Shown: positions 28,318-41,842 of the stretch, in pieces
Numbering within the stretch: the first letter of the stretch is position 1
Layout: every line of letters begins with the position of its first letter
Source of the DNA: Eledone cirrhosa
Taxonomy: Eukaryota
Direction of reading: 5' to 3'
DNA length: 64,000 nt
Assembly (NCBI GenBank): GCA_964016885.1
Contig: OZ024741.1
Coordinates: 225,990,001-226,054,000 of the forward strand
The notes under the pieces: generated by a model
What the model was told of the DNA's origin: nothing
Database searches by the model: none
What the model saw: the letters and a program-made list of their open reading frames with translations, nothing else
Made by a program: the position numbers and the translations under genes

Positions 28318-29297
28318 CTAGCAGCAGTACCCAACGTTGCCTGGGTAGGTAAAATAATATCTGCTTTGATGAAAAGGTGTTGATCTTAGCGACTGCTTCT
28401 CGATGACTCATCTATGGCCACACACAGTCCTTGCGGGGGAGGGTGGTGATGACCTCTATCACTGAGAAACGCGGGTGACTGATGAAGAGGCATGCTGGGG
28501 GAGGGAGGTAATGACCTCTAACCCTAAGCCAAATTTCCTCACGCTACGTGATTGGAAACGGATGAATTCTCAAATACACAACTAAAAGCTCAGACATCAG
28601 TGGCCATCGTTTTGCCTTTGACCATCTATAAGATGTGCAATGATAGGTTCTATCGTAGTATAAAAGTTGAAGCAAATAAATTGATTTATGTGTGAGGTGG
28701 AGCCGAAGTTTCGAATTTGAAAGAAATCGGTTGGAAAATGTGGGAGATAGAGCCGAAAAGGCGGAAATTTGAGCGAAAATGTGGTATTTTCGAATATATA
28801 AGCGGCTGCCACACCGTTCCTGAACAAAAATCCAAATTGTAAAGCCACTTTAAGACGTGAAATAATCAGATCTAGCGTAGTGTAAAATTTGAACAAAGTA
28901 GGTTGATTAATGTGGGAGCTAGAGCCGAAAACGTGGAAATTTGAGCCTAAAAGTGGTATCTTTAAATATTTAAGCGGCTGCCAGGCCGTCCCTGAACAAG
29001 AAATGAAAAATATAAAGCTATTACAGGATTTGCAATGATAAATTCTATTTTGCTTTAAAATTTGAACGAAATCGGTGGCAAAATATGGGAGCTAGAGCCA
29101 AAAATCTTATTTTTCGATACCTAAAAAAAGGTGACCCCCTATCGATCTTTATCTGCAGAATGAGCCCGGAATAAAAAAAAAAAACGATACACTGATATAT
29201 CGAAAACTATGACTAATCTATGAGCTTGTAAAGTTTCATGAAAATCGGTCGTAATACACAGAGACACACACACATACTTAACTTTATATATATACAG

Positions 29298-29298
<1 letters not shown>
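28318..29298 (-). mobile_element. Non-autonomous Helitron
   Basis: A|TCTGTATATATATAAAG 5' end, CCGATTTTCATGAAACTTT motif, internal diverged repeats, 3' hairpin CCCAGGCAACGTTGGG then CTAG|T. Confidence 0.85.
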
Positions 29299-29333
<35 letters not shown>

Positions 29334-29751
29334 TCATGTATGTCAACATTCAACAAGGAAAAGCAACATAGGAAAAAAAAATACAGTACATTGTGGATAT
29401 ATAGTTGTTTAACGCTCGATTCACACATTAAACTGTCTCGGAAAATAGGATAGATGAAGGAATAGTAAATAGTAAATAGTAAAGGAAGAAACTGTTGTTT
29501 TTTTTACTGTGCTTCGTGTATTTAGCCATTTTAAAAGAATGTTGTCTGTAGAAATTGGAAGAGAACTACGTCAAATAAGATACTCAGTACATTAGAAGAG
29601 AGAGTATATATTTATTTCATAGATAAATTAATTCTACGGGAGTCTATATTTACTCAACATCTCCCCATGCATTGAGTACTTTTATAATTATTGGTCTCTT
29701 CAGTTCCTGCACCGCAGACTCTCTCTTTCTCTCTCTCTCCCAGTGTGTGTA

Positions 29752-29782
<31 letters not shown>

Positions 29783-29785
<3 letters not shown>

Positions 29786-29968
29786 TATTCGGGTTCAGTC
29801 GTGGGTAACCACGGTAAGTAAGGTACTCAATACATAGAAATACTTAATATAGAAATGGCTTCTTCAGGAGTAGAACTGTTTCATTCGGAGGAAATCATCA
29901 GGAAAGCCTTTCCTGATGAATTCATTCAAATGAAACAGTTCTAGTCCTGTAGAAGCTATTTCTCTCTA
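29783..29968. mobile_element. Fold-back with back-to-back hammerheads (~29858-29906 minus; 29908-29956 plus)
   Basis: Plus: TTC-CTGATGA-attcattcaaat-GAAA-CAG ttctagtc CTG-TA-GAA; same family as 53108 and 54953. Confidence 0.8.
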
Positions 29969-30872
29969 TATATATATAGTAAAAAATTGAACGGGAACAA
30001 AACAGAGAGACAGTACGAACAAAGGTTTATTAGTTTCACGCTCTTGAGAGTGGGGTGGATATATATATATATATATGAAAATTAAGTTAAACGTAAGCAA
30101 TATGGTTGTTTTCATTTGAAAAATGCTTCTATAAATACAGTATAAATATTTCAAGTTTTACTGTATTTATAGAAGCATGTATTTACATGGACTCTTCCAT
30201 CGTTCACTCCAAAGAACAAATTGCTACTCCCAAACCTAACCTTGTCTGTCATAATTTTGATACGTATTTGTAGATAGACGAATCCATAAAAATGATACTG
30301 TATCACAGCAATAGATACAATTTGAAACCTCTTAATCGTCTGTTTATTATCAATAGAAAATGTGTTACTTTATAGTAACGCAGAGAAGTAAATCTAAAAA
30401 GAAAAAAATGTTTTGAAGAAATCAGGAATAATGGCGTCGCTTAAATTAATTGAATTGACTGAAAATTAGTTGACTGGAGATCTATATTTTGGTGAATGTT
30501 GCAGAAGATATATACAGTTATACGCAGATTACTGTTGATGTTCTCGTTGTACTCTTGTTGTATTCCAAGTCAGTGTTGATCATTAGAGCCGATCTATCTT
30601 CCAGCACGTTCAAGCAGGTATTGAATCCTAGTTGTTGCACGAAAGGGGACATGGTTGTGGTGGGAATAAAGTCTTAGTTGTGAGGAGAATGGAATCTTGG
30701 TTTTCACGGGAAGTGAAGCTCTGTTCGACGGTTACTGGCATGCAAGACCAGCTTCCAAATAGATTGCGTTTAGTGAATTTCAGGCATAAGGTAATGGGAA
30801 ATGAAACGTGCTCAAAATTCTACACGTCAGGATCGAAATGCAGAACCTAGATTCGACTGTGCTATATCTATG

Positions 30873-30933
<61 letters not shown>

Positions 30934-31053
30934 ATGTTTGACCCCGACGGCAGAGCTCAAGCCATTTCGACGGCTATTTCTATATATAACTTTGATAACT
31001 TTGATAGGTTTCGGCGAATATTGACCCATGTCATGTCTAACTTAGTAGTACAG

Positions 31054-31086
<33 letters not shown>

Positions 31087-31176
31087 CTCTTTTACTCTTT
31101 TACCTGTTTCAGCCATGTACTCTTGTTGTATTCCAAGTCAGTGAAATATGTATATATATATATATATATATATACA

Positions 31177-31231
<55 letters not shown>

Positions 31232-31352
31232 GAATGTATATATATATATTTATATATATAAAATATATGTAAGCAAAAGGGGTATTCAATTTGTTGGTAA
31301 TTCAACAAATATAAGTGTTTAAAACTGATTTACAACACTCGACGCGTTTTCT

Positions 31353-31721
31353 GGAGTATAATATATAGTTAAAACTAGAGACAAAGTATTTAACTACATT
31401 GGTGCCACTTCTACAAAATACAAATAACGCTGGTATAACCATAAACACACATTTAAGAGATCCGATAAAAAGTCTTCCACTTCACTTTCACATTTAATTT
31501 GGAACTTAAAAGACAACAATATAGGCTATTCAATATCTTGGGGAACGATTTCAAAAGCACCTGCGTACCGAAATATGTCTTTCTCAAGATTCTGTAACTT
31601 GCGTATTGAGGAAATTTTTTGTATAATTAACTGTCGAAACTATATTAATCTTAAAACAGAATTATTTTCTTCTTGCAAACATCACCAAAATTCCACTTTC
31701 AGAAGTATTTTTAATTTATGA
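31353..31721 (+). pseudogene. PLE GIY-YIG endonuclease remnant
   Basis: GV*Y..NYIGATSTKYK*RWYNHK..LSHLIWNLK..FCNLRIEE..CKH, with internal stops; AT-rich 3' region leads to a degenerate hammerhead (ATGATGA..GAAA-TATATA-TA) at ~32872-32935. Confidence 0.8.
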
Positions 31722-33444
31722 TATTTATTACACTTGACTATATCTTATACACCTTCAAAATGATCCTATTTTTTTTTTATTTAAATTTAAAGTTAAATGT
31801 AAATTCTTTTAAATGACCTCCCTTCTTATTTTTTTTAATATTTCTATTATTTTTACCTTTTGACATTAATTTTTTTTAATATATATAGTTTTTAATATTT
31901 TTTACTTCTGACATTATTTTCCTAATGATACCCCTTTAAATATATTATTTTATATGTAGACTGATAATCTTTAATTAACATTCTGTAAATGTATCCTCTT
32001 TACGATAGTTCTTCGAAATGCACATTACGTTTCTCCTCTCCTTTTGATCTTCAAACATCTTTCGACTAAAATAATTAATCTCACACAAAATAATATATAA
32101 TTCTCTCTATATATTTTCTGTGCAAATCATTCCTCAAATTTAACGGTTACAAACAATATTGGAGTTATCTTTCCCTTTTCAATCGTGCAAACAAACATAT
32201 TATAATATAATATGTACGATAAACTATATAACTTCGCTAAATTAATAATATTCTGAAAACATTTTCAATGTTGGAACAAAATATTCGAATCTACAAATTG
32301 TTCTCTTTTGACAACCTCAACTACCTGTTTTTTTATGTAAAATGCAAAATCAACATACTTCGTAACTCATATTAGAAATGTAAACAACGAATAATTATAA
32401 ATTATTTCTATTTCTATAATACTTATACATGCACAATAATTAATCTATATAAATATTTATATACTTATAACCTATTGTAATGTAATAAGATAAAATGTAC
32501 TTACAACCATAATTCTTCATATAATCTAATTGATTATATATACAATAGTGAAGTGGAAGACTTTTTAACTCATAATATAGCTAAATAAATTTAAATTCTG
32601 GAATCATATTCCAACATTGCCCCAAATTGTTACTTCCTTATAAATTAAAGCTCTTCATCCTGTTTCTTCTTCCTACTCATACATATAAATTCTGCATAGC
32701 GTCTAAAATAACGTTTTTTTTCAGCATCAACCTCAACCTCATTTGCATACTCATCTTAATAATTTGAAATATCTGACTTTTCTTCTCTTATGCCTTCACT
32801 ATCCAAGGAAAACTTGAACCGTTAAGGTATCTTTTTCTTTGTTATGTCAAAATTTATAAAACAAACTTTGTATTTTATATGATGAAAGTGTACCAAAGTT
32901 TTGGTACCCTTGAAATATATATAATAGAATAAATTTGGTTTTATAAATATAGTTTCCATTTATTTAATATCATTGAATACTAATATATGTATATAGGAAA
33001 AGTCAACGAGGAAAAACAACACATGAAACAGAGCAGTAGAATGATGATATATTTAACCCTTAATATAGTTCGAAAACTGAATCAACCATCGGAAGATAGT
33101 GAAAGTGAAAGAAGAAATAGATAGAGAGATGATAGTTACAAAAAAATAAAAAGACAAGTGGAAAACCCGTGTATAGTTAGTTAGCCAAGGCAACATGGGT
33201 GGACCTGTTATTTTTATCTAAAGACATTTATTTTCCAATTCAACCCCGCCCGTCCCTTCAATCAGTCTAATTTCTCATGTGTCTGTGTGTGTTTGTGTGT
33301 GTGTGCATGTGTATGTGTTTGTTTGTTTGTTTGTTTGTGTGTGTGTGCGCGTGTGTGCAAAAAATAAACTGAAACAACAAATCAAACGACACAGTACAAT
33401 GAATGAAGAAATATATTAGTTTAACACTTGATATAGTAGCAAAA

Positions 33445-33483
33445 GATTCTTTACGTTTCGGACAGTAGTTATTCATCAGACGA
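33445..33483 (-). ncRNA. Degenerate hammerhead (family of 56541)
   Basis: Minus: CTGATGA-ataactactgtcc-GAAA-CG-TA-AAGA. Confidence 0.5.
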
Positions 33484-34055
33484 TAGAATCACGAATAAAA
33501 GATGAAATAGAAAGATAGAGTAAAGGCAGGGAGGAACCGATCGTCTTTCTCTTCCCACATTCTTTCTTCCTCTATCTCTATCATTAACCCTCGATTCTTC
33601 TGTCTCTTTCTAGCTATCCTTTTCACCCACCACCTGGTAGTATTTGACCCCCCCCCCCCCCCCACGTCACTCTTACTCGGGTAGCCGCCAGTCTCACTGA
33701 CACTGTCCAGATGCCGTTTTCTCGTAGGAGTAACATCCAAATTTATTTGATAATTTTTTCCTCTCTCTATTTCCTACTAAATAATTTTTTAAACATTGTA
33801 TCTCGTTTCCTCACTTTTCAGTTTAAATTAGAAGGAACCTAGTTTGTACGTACACGTTTTACAAATTGTATTTGAATTTGGTCGTCTTGTCTTTTTGTGT
33901 TGCAATCTACTATACGCTGGGAGGAATGGTATAACTCTTAACTACTGAAATCGTAGCGATCTCCAATAATTAGCTGATGATAAAGGGGTATGTACCTGTT
34001 TTTCTGTTAACTGTCCACGTCGTGTATGCTCGCAATTTAAATTATATATAAATAT

Positions 34056-34092
<37 letters not shown>

Positions 34093-34351
34093 CACTATAT
34101 ATGCCAATAAAATATAATAAATGTACACCCGTGAACGGTTTGACTTAAGTTTGTTAGTGCTTCTCTATAAACGGTAATGACATCGTTGTATATGTAAATA
34201 TGTCTGTTGTTTCTTGTTGTGCATTGTTTATATGTGCGATACTGATGGGGAGAGAAAGGGAATGGGGTAGATAGAGAGAGGTGGTTAGTGAGAGATAAAA
34301 GGAGAAACGTGAAAGAGAGAGAAGTTACTAGAGAGAGAGAGTGTGCATATC

Positions 34352-34423
<72 letters not shown>

Positions 34424-34746
34424 AAACAGTGGGAAGTGGTTAGTGAAAGAGAAGGAAAGAGTCGAGTGAACCACTACATTCTTTTCATTTGTTTTCGTAA
34501 CAATGCATTTTGTAGTGTAGTGCCTGAATATGGTGGTTGATTTATAACTTAAGACTATAAAAATGGACATAACTAATCGATAAATTATAAAATACAAAAC
34601 AACAGATATCAAATTCGAGTCGTTCTGTTTAGTTTGGACATTAAGCAAACACAATGTCCTGTATTAATCAATGCATACTACAGGAAGAAACATAAATTAT
34701 ATGGCCAGAATAGGTATAGCCAATTAATGTTTGGCGATATACACTC

Positions 34747-34817
<71 letters not shown>

Positions 34818-34824
<7 letters not shown>

Positions 34825-35154
34825 GTGAGGTTTTTTTTACAAAATGAAAAATAACCGAGGTGTCCTACACGAGTGGAAGTATAAAGAAAAAGAGATGAAA
34901 TCGAAAATGCAACTGAAGTCTTATTTTTTTTTTAAATATATATATTTATTTGGTTCCTTTACCGGTTTCGCAGTTCTTCTGCTTTTCAAAAGGTGAGTTG
35001 AGATGGAGGGTCTGTGGTTTTTCTCACAGACCCTCCATCTCAACTCACCTTTTGAAAAGCAGAAGAACTGCGAAACCGGTAAAGGAACCAAATAAATATA
35101 TATATTTTTTTTAAAAATAAGACTTCCGTTGCATTTTCGATTTCATCTCTTTTT

Positions 35155-35162
<8 letters not shown>
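34818..35162. mobile_element. Second fold-back copy with U3-A8 hammerheads (34956-34993 minus; 35048-35085 plus)
   Basis: Ribozyme motif identical to 11255-11292; flanked by (TA)n. Confidence 0.9.
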
Positions 35163-35218
<56 letters not shown>

Positions 35219-36019
35219 GAGTGTATATCGCCAAACATTAATATTAATATTTATATGTAAATATATATATATATATTTTTATATATGTATATATTTATAT
35301 ATATTAATGTCTGTGTGTGTGTGTGAGTGTGTGATAATGTTTTTGTGTGCGTGCTGAACTTACATGAATCGGCACGTTGGTTAAAAGGTACTTTTCGCCT
35401 GACTGGGGAGTAATGTACTTGAATATAGAAAACATAGGCTCTAGAAAACCAAGGGATTTGGATACACAACGATAAAGACTGAGATAAACACCCTCAAGGT
35501 AGCATGGGGGGAGTGAAATGATGACAGTAGGAGGTATTAACATAATCGAAGTTTCGAGAGGTGATAGGAAGTAGGAAGATAATAAAATACGTTGATGTTG
35601 GTAAAGGTAGGAGGAAATAGACCTACCAAGGTACGGGAAATACAGTGGTGGTTTGCTTTTTATTTTTTTATAAACAGAATTTTAACCAGGTAGTTGTGTG
35701 TGTATGTGTGTGTGTTTATGTTAAGCTGGTGGATATGTTGATCTGACTATGTGTATATGTGTGTTTGTGCATTGGAAGGAGTTTGGCAAATTTCCATTAT
35801 AATCAAAGGAAGAAATGTAAAGTTATATAATCAGAGTGTTGTAACTCTAGATTTTTCATTAGTTCAGCATATATATGTTGTTTTTATTCCAAAACATCTA
35901 CACAGCAGTTCTCTACTACTTTGCAATTACTCTACACATATTTTCTCTGTTCTAATTCAATATCTCTGGTCTGTTATGACTATATGCCATACCGATTATT
36001 ATTACCTGCAGCACAGTTA

Positions 36020-36643
36020 TGTCCCTTTACGGACTGATTCAAATCCCGCCGAGGTTAACTTTGCCTTTCATCCTTACGGGGTCGATAAAATAAAGTACCA
36101 GTAATACACTGGGATAATTGCTGGCCTTGTGCCAAAAGTAGAAACAATTATTACTTGCTAATATACAGGAAGCTTGATTGGCAGAGTCGTTTGAGTGACA
36201 AACAAACTGCTTTGTGGTATTTCCTATAGTTATTTACATTCTGAGCATGTGATCCTACTCTTTACACTGTGTTTAAATCCCGCTCAGATCAACTATGACT
36301 TTCATCCTTCAGTGTCGATAAAATAGTGAACTCGTCAAGAACTGGAGTTGACTTCATCGACTTTACCTTCCCCCCAAATTGCTTTACATATCACTAATTT
36401 CCTATAAGCTTTTTCTTCAGGACTATCCTTTCTTCTGTCACTGCATCATTCAGCATTAGTCAATACTATTCTGCTGACAGATGCTATGATTTGGGTCATA
36501 CATCAGGCACTAATTCCACAGAACTAGCATCGATTTTCTCATCTAAGTATTTTACCAGTATCTCTACCACTCTGGAGTATCAGGTATTTATTATGGTCTT
36601 TGCCTAGACTGCAAAAGCACTCATTTAGCAGACGATCGTTTTT

Positions 36644-36709
<66 letters not shown>

Positions 36710-37175
36710 CCCATCTTCCCCACACACTATCTATGCCCACCCACCCACTTTCTGATAACACAGTAGCTATACGTATGTGACCTGCAGAAATTATTGTATC
36801 TGATAAACCTTATGAATTATTGAAGCGCTTTAGAATTTCAAAACCTGAGACTCCCAAACATACCACTGACTACTTCTTCCTAATCTCTAAGGTTAATTTA
36901 GCCCATTTAATCAATTGTCGTCTCAAGTAATCGACTGCTATTACAGTTATTTTATGGGGTGGATTAGCAGTATCGGTAGAGTGTCGGACAACATGCTTTG
37001 TGGTATTGAGTTACGGCCCTTCACGTTCTGAGTTCAAATCCTGCTGAGGGTAACTTTGCCTTTCATCCTTACGGGGTCGATAAAATAAAGTACCAGTAAT
37101 ACACTGAGGCTGATGTAATCAACTCTCCTCCCCTCTCCTCAAATTTCTGGCCTTGTGCCTAAAGTAGAAACAATT
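36020..37175 (+). mobile_element. Three copies of the dominant SINE (~36020-36150, 36165-36390 diverged, 36957-37175)
   Basis: B box and GCCTTTCATCCTTACGGGGTCGATAAAATAAAGTACCAG. Confidence 0.85.
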
Positions 37176-39695
37176 ATAGTTATTTTCTGTGTTTTTGACT
37201 CATACATTTTCAAATTTCATCTGATGTTCTCGTGTCCAACTCACTAGGTGTATATTTCTGCTCATTAGTATAAAAGAAATATTTCTGGAGTTCCTTCCCA
37301 ACTGTCGGGATGCTACTTTCCCTTGTATGCATGGAGTAGATATTAGGGTGTTAGGCTCTCGATCATCGTGAGTTGGATAATAGGTGGCACGTCGAGTCCG
37401 TGAGTAAGACACTTTATTTCACATTGCCAGCTGGTAAAAATTAGTTCAAACTGAAAATCAAAGGGACCAGCCTTGTTACACACTATATCACACTAAATTG
37501 CCCTGAGAACTAAGTTAACCCTTATATGTGTCTGTAGAATGCTCAGCCACTTGCACGTAGATTCCACGAGGAGGGTACTCCGTTTTTCGTGCAGCATCGG
37601 AACCGACGGGGGTCCAACATGTACACACACATATACACACATATGACTGAACTTCTATTCTTGATGGTTAATGGATGCTCCGGAATTGATATGATGTGAC
37701 ATTCCAATGCTGTATAAAACGATGTTAAAATCTGTCTCTTTGTTTAGGTTTTATGTAAAGGTAGACAATATCACTATTGATGTAAAAAATTCTGGTGGTA
37801 AATTGCAGCTTTCCGGTTTTAATATCAATTGCTCGGATGTCTAATCTCCAATGTCTAATCGATTAATCCAAATGTTAGTATTAGTACTGGTACAGCAAAC
37901 ATATTGTGTAGAAGTGATTAATTGTATGCAGAAAACTTTAAAGATCACATTTCTTCTTTTTAGACGTCAGGTGTAGTTTCTGTTGGGACGTTATTTGTTA
38001 TAAATGTCATCATATGTTATATTTTCATCCATATGCAGCATGTTTCCTCTGTTATCGGACAAATAGTCGGATCACTGATAGAGACATTTCTGACTTGTAG
38101 TCTTGCTTCGTTTTACAATCAGATAGGAATATTTATACTTTCCATAGTCCATCACTATATCACTGTGAGTGTCCTTACCAGACTATTTTTCATACCATTC
38201 ATATTTTGGCATGTTTCGTTTAAGCTATGTGTCAGTCTGGTGTTTCAATCTTCTTGGGAGCGAATCACGTCCCCTAAAGGCTAAAGGATTCACTACAAGT
38301 ATAAACCATATCACAGAGAGATACCGTCCCTTTGAAATATGTTCCTGCGATACTTGATCTTTTTTTAAACTATGTATTTGATGTTGTCTAGGTTTTGACA
38401 AACTGTGAATATTTATACATTAAATTATGGCTTAGAATTGGTTGGTAATATATTGACATGTGAATGACTTTGTGCTTTGGTATCAGATTTAGTTTATCGA
38501 TGCCGGCCGGCTTGGAAATTCATGTCTCCACTGACACTCTGACAAAAAAGGTTAAGTTTTTGAACCTGAGTCCAGCACACAAGTTTCTATTTTGAATTTT
38601 TCCTGTTACACTGTCAAAATTACCACCATTGATACTGTATGTATTTGGCGTAATGCGGGGACAATATTTCTTTTAGATTTCTTCTAGCCACACTGCGCCC
38701 TGGTTAAACTTCTTTTCTTACTTCAGATTTTTCCCATAATGAATCCGTATCTTTTTGACAATGAGTCTGTTATTTTTATTGATTTTCTCATAATTTCTTT
38801 GTACACAGCTAATTGATTTCCATTAAATTTTGTGTTTATTATTTTTTTCTTTCAGCTATTTTTTCAGACGACGTTTCTCAGAAACAGCATTTAACACTCA
38901 CTTGAAGGTGATAAATTTTGATATTTTTAAAAATAAATATCTCGATTTATTTTTTAAAAATTTTTCAAACTTCTTTTTATCAAATTTGGTTTTTGTGTAA
39001 AGTATAGCTATTTCTATATATTTAATTACTCTCATCATATAACTAAATGTTACTTTTTCAGAGACCAACGATGGTTTTACCGTTTTAGAAATCGATGAAG
39101 TAATTTTAAAAATTACTTTGCCTCTTATTTCTCTAGTAACTTTAAGAGTTATAGTAAATATCAAGTGGTGTTTATTTACCAAAAGGGGGGCTCAGCCGAT
39201 AATTTTTTTATTGTGTTTGGTCTGTACTTAATGAGTCGCTTATCTGTTCGTGCTGAATACTGTCTGGCTTGTAAGGAAAGGATTTTTATATGAATCATTC
39301 CTCTAATAATGAATTTTAATTTTTACATTATTCGTTCTTCTAGCAATCAGTGCACGTATTACAGTCACTATTGCAACAGACAGACACCCCTAACTGGATG
39401 TAGTTGTTCAGCCTTACACCAATGTAACCATACCAAAAGGAGTTTTGTCTATAATGACATCTAGTGACATCTTTGATATGTATATAAGTATGAACCCATA
39501 ATTACTTGTGGGGTCCTAGAAGCCTTGTAGTGACGGCGTTTCTGGGGCATCTCCACTTTTGAACTCAAAAGAGAGAAATATATATAGATAGATAGATAGA
39601 TGCTTTCAGTTCCTTAGAGGACCAACACCACACTGTGGATCTGAGCATATCAATGGATTAACAAGGTAAAATTATGTTTTCCTTTTCAAGGCCTT

Positions 39696-39754
39696 ACTGC
39701 CTGATGAGGACATAGCTGTTGAATAATGGCTATCACTGAAATATATATAGCAAC
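39696..39754 (+). ncRNA. Minimal type-I hammerhead (family of 2868-2923)
   Basis: TGC-CTGATGA-ggacATAGCTGTTgaatAATGGCTATcact-GAAA-TATATA-TA-GCA. Confidence 0.8.
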
Positions 39755-39801
39755 GAATATGAATAAACGAAGCTAATTTTAGCCTGTTGACTTACACTTC
39801 T

Positions 39802-39843
<42 letters not shown>

Positions 39844-39922
39844 AAAAAGTTCAAGACCCCTACGGCAGAGCTCGAGCCGTTTCGAGCCGTCCACCTGGTT
39901 TCTTACCACATTGCCTTCGTTT

Positions 39923-39966
<44 letters not shown>

Positions 39967-40091
39967 TATAATATAAGATCAAAAGATCTTTTGATCTTAT
40001 ATTATGTATACTCCAGTCCTACAAACTGTAGAGTGCTTCTTCTCCGATATCTGCATTGCTTTATTGTACTACAATAAAACTCACCTCCTAC

Positions 40092-40185
<94 letters not shown>

Positions 40186-40379
40186 GAGAGATAGATAGAT
40201 ATAGATAGATAGATATATATAACGAAGGGTGAAAGCACCGATTCTTTGCTTAAACTTTAATCTGTTATTTTAATAAATATATATATATATTTTTTTAAAT
40301 TAAAATAACAGCTTTATGTTCATACGAGTTATCACAAAGTCACAACCAGTGACCTCAAGAGACAACAAGGTCTGCCATG

Positions 40380-40595
40380 TTCAAGAAAGAACATACATAA
40401 ACACACATGCATCTTTAGGTGTTTAGACTTTTGATGTTCTTATATTGACAGAATCTTCCTTAGTATATGGGCAGTTCCCATTAATACTATCTTTTGTATT
40501 TCTCCTATACGCGGGTTTCCTGGGATTTGCGATAAGTAATCATGAGACCCCTTAGGTATCATTCCTAGAGCGCCTACAACCACTGGTATTGTTTT
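40380..40595 (-). mobile_element. R4/Dong-type LINE 3' fragment
   Basis: IPVVVGALGMIPK..IQKIVLMGTAHILRKILSI*. Confidence 0.8.
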
Positions 40596-40607
40596 ATTAT
40601 TATTTTT

Positions 40608-41255
40608 ACGATCTGAGTTCAAATCCCGCCGAGGTTGACTTTGCCTTTCATCCTTACGGGGTCGATAAAATAAAGTACCAGTAATGCACTGGGTAATTGC
40701 TGGCCTTGTGCCTAAAGTAGAAACAATTATTATTATTATTTCGAGGGCAGTGGATTGTTTTATTATTATTATTATTTCGAGGGCAGTGGATTGGCAGTAT
40801 TGGTAGAGGGTCGGACGCCATCTTTCGAGCATAGTTACGTCCCTTTACGGTCTGAGTTCAAATCCTGCCGAGGTTAACTTTGCCTTTCATCCTTACGGGG
40901 TCGATAAAATAAAATACCAGTAATACACTGGGTATTTGCTGGCCTTGTGCCAAAAGTAGAAACAATTATTATTTCGATAAAATAAAGTACCAGTAATACA
41001 CTGGTTAATTGCTGGCCTTGTGCCTAAAGTAGAAACAATTATTATTAGTGTTCTTTAGGGCGGTGGATTGGCAGAATCGGTAGAGAGTCGGACACCATGC
41101 TTTGAAGCATAGAGTTACGTCCTTTTATGATCTGAGTTCAAATCTCGCCGAGGTTAACTTTGCCTTTCATCCTTACGGGGTTGATAAAATAAAGTACCAG
41201 TAATGTACTGGTTAATTGCTGACCTTGTGCCTAAAATAGAAACAATTATTATTAT
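40608..41255 (+). mobile_element. Tandem array of about four SINE copies or fragments joined by (ATT)n
   Basis: Repeated SINE body and tail. Confidence 0.9.
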
Positions 41256-41257
41256 TG

Positions 41258-41760
41258 TTCTTTGAGTTTCAGTCATTGATATTAGTTAACTGGAAAGTTT
41301 GTTGAAATGAATATCAAGCCACTACCTGCAGCCTCCAATATTCAGGACGTATCAGAGGGTTCTTGCTGTTCCCAGCAAGCATGCCTTTTGAAGTGTTCCA
41401 AAAAGCGGGGCGGGGCCAATTTTCTTTAACCATCCCTGGAAACTTTTTGAGATAGTACCTAGTGCGCCTATGACAATCGGGACCACTTTGACTTCATGGC
41501 AGTTCCAAATTCTTTTTACCTCCCACTTTAATCCTGGTATCGGTTAATTTTCTCCCTCTCCTTCTCTTGCACTCTCGTGTCGAATGGGCAGGCCACATCC
41601 ACAATCAGGCACGTTCTTTTTTCCTTGTCCAAAACCACCAGGTCAGGTCTATTGTGTTCCAGTTTCTTGTCCGTCTGTATCCTAAAATCCCACAGCACCT
41701 TCACCTGATCGTCTTCTATCACCGACTCTGGCTTATGTTCATACCACTTCTCAGAATGTG
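41258..41760 (-). mobile_element. R4/Dong-type LINE RLE-domain fragment
   Basis: KWYEHKPE..LWDFRIQTD..HNRPDLVVLDK..IVDVACPFD..VPIVIGALG..LQKACLLGTAR; flanked by (TAA)n. Confidence 0.9.
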
Positions 41761-41791
41761 GTAAATTGTTTACTTTGCATAGGTGCCAGTG

Positions 41792-41842
<51 letters not shown>

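Noticed and set aside
38400-39240. Possible DNA-transposon relic
   Set aside because: Composition is suggestive, but I could not identify matching termini or coding motifs.
40608-41255. CRISPR-like repeated units
   Set aside because: SINE copies in a eukaryotic context, with no unique spacers and no cas genes.
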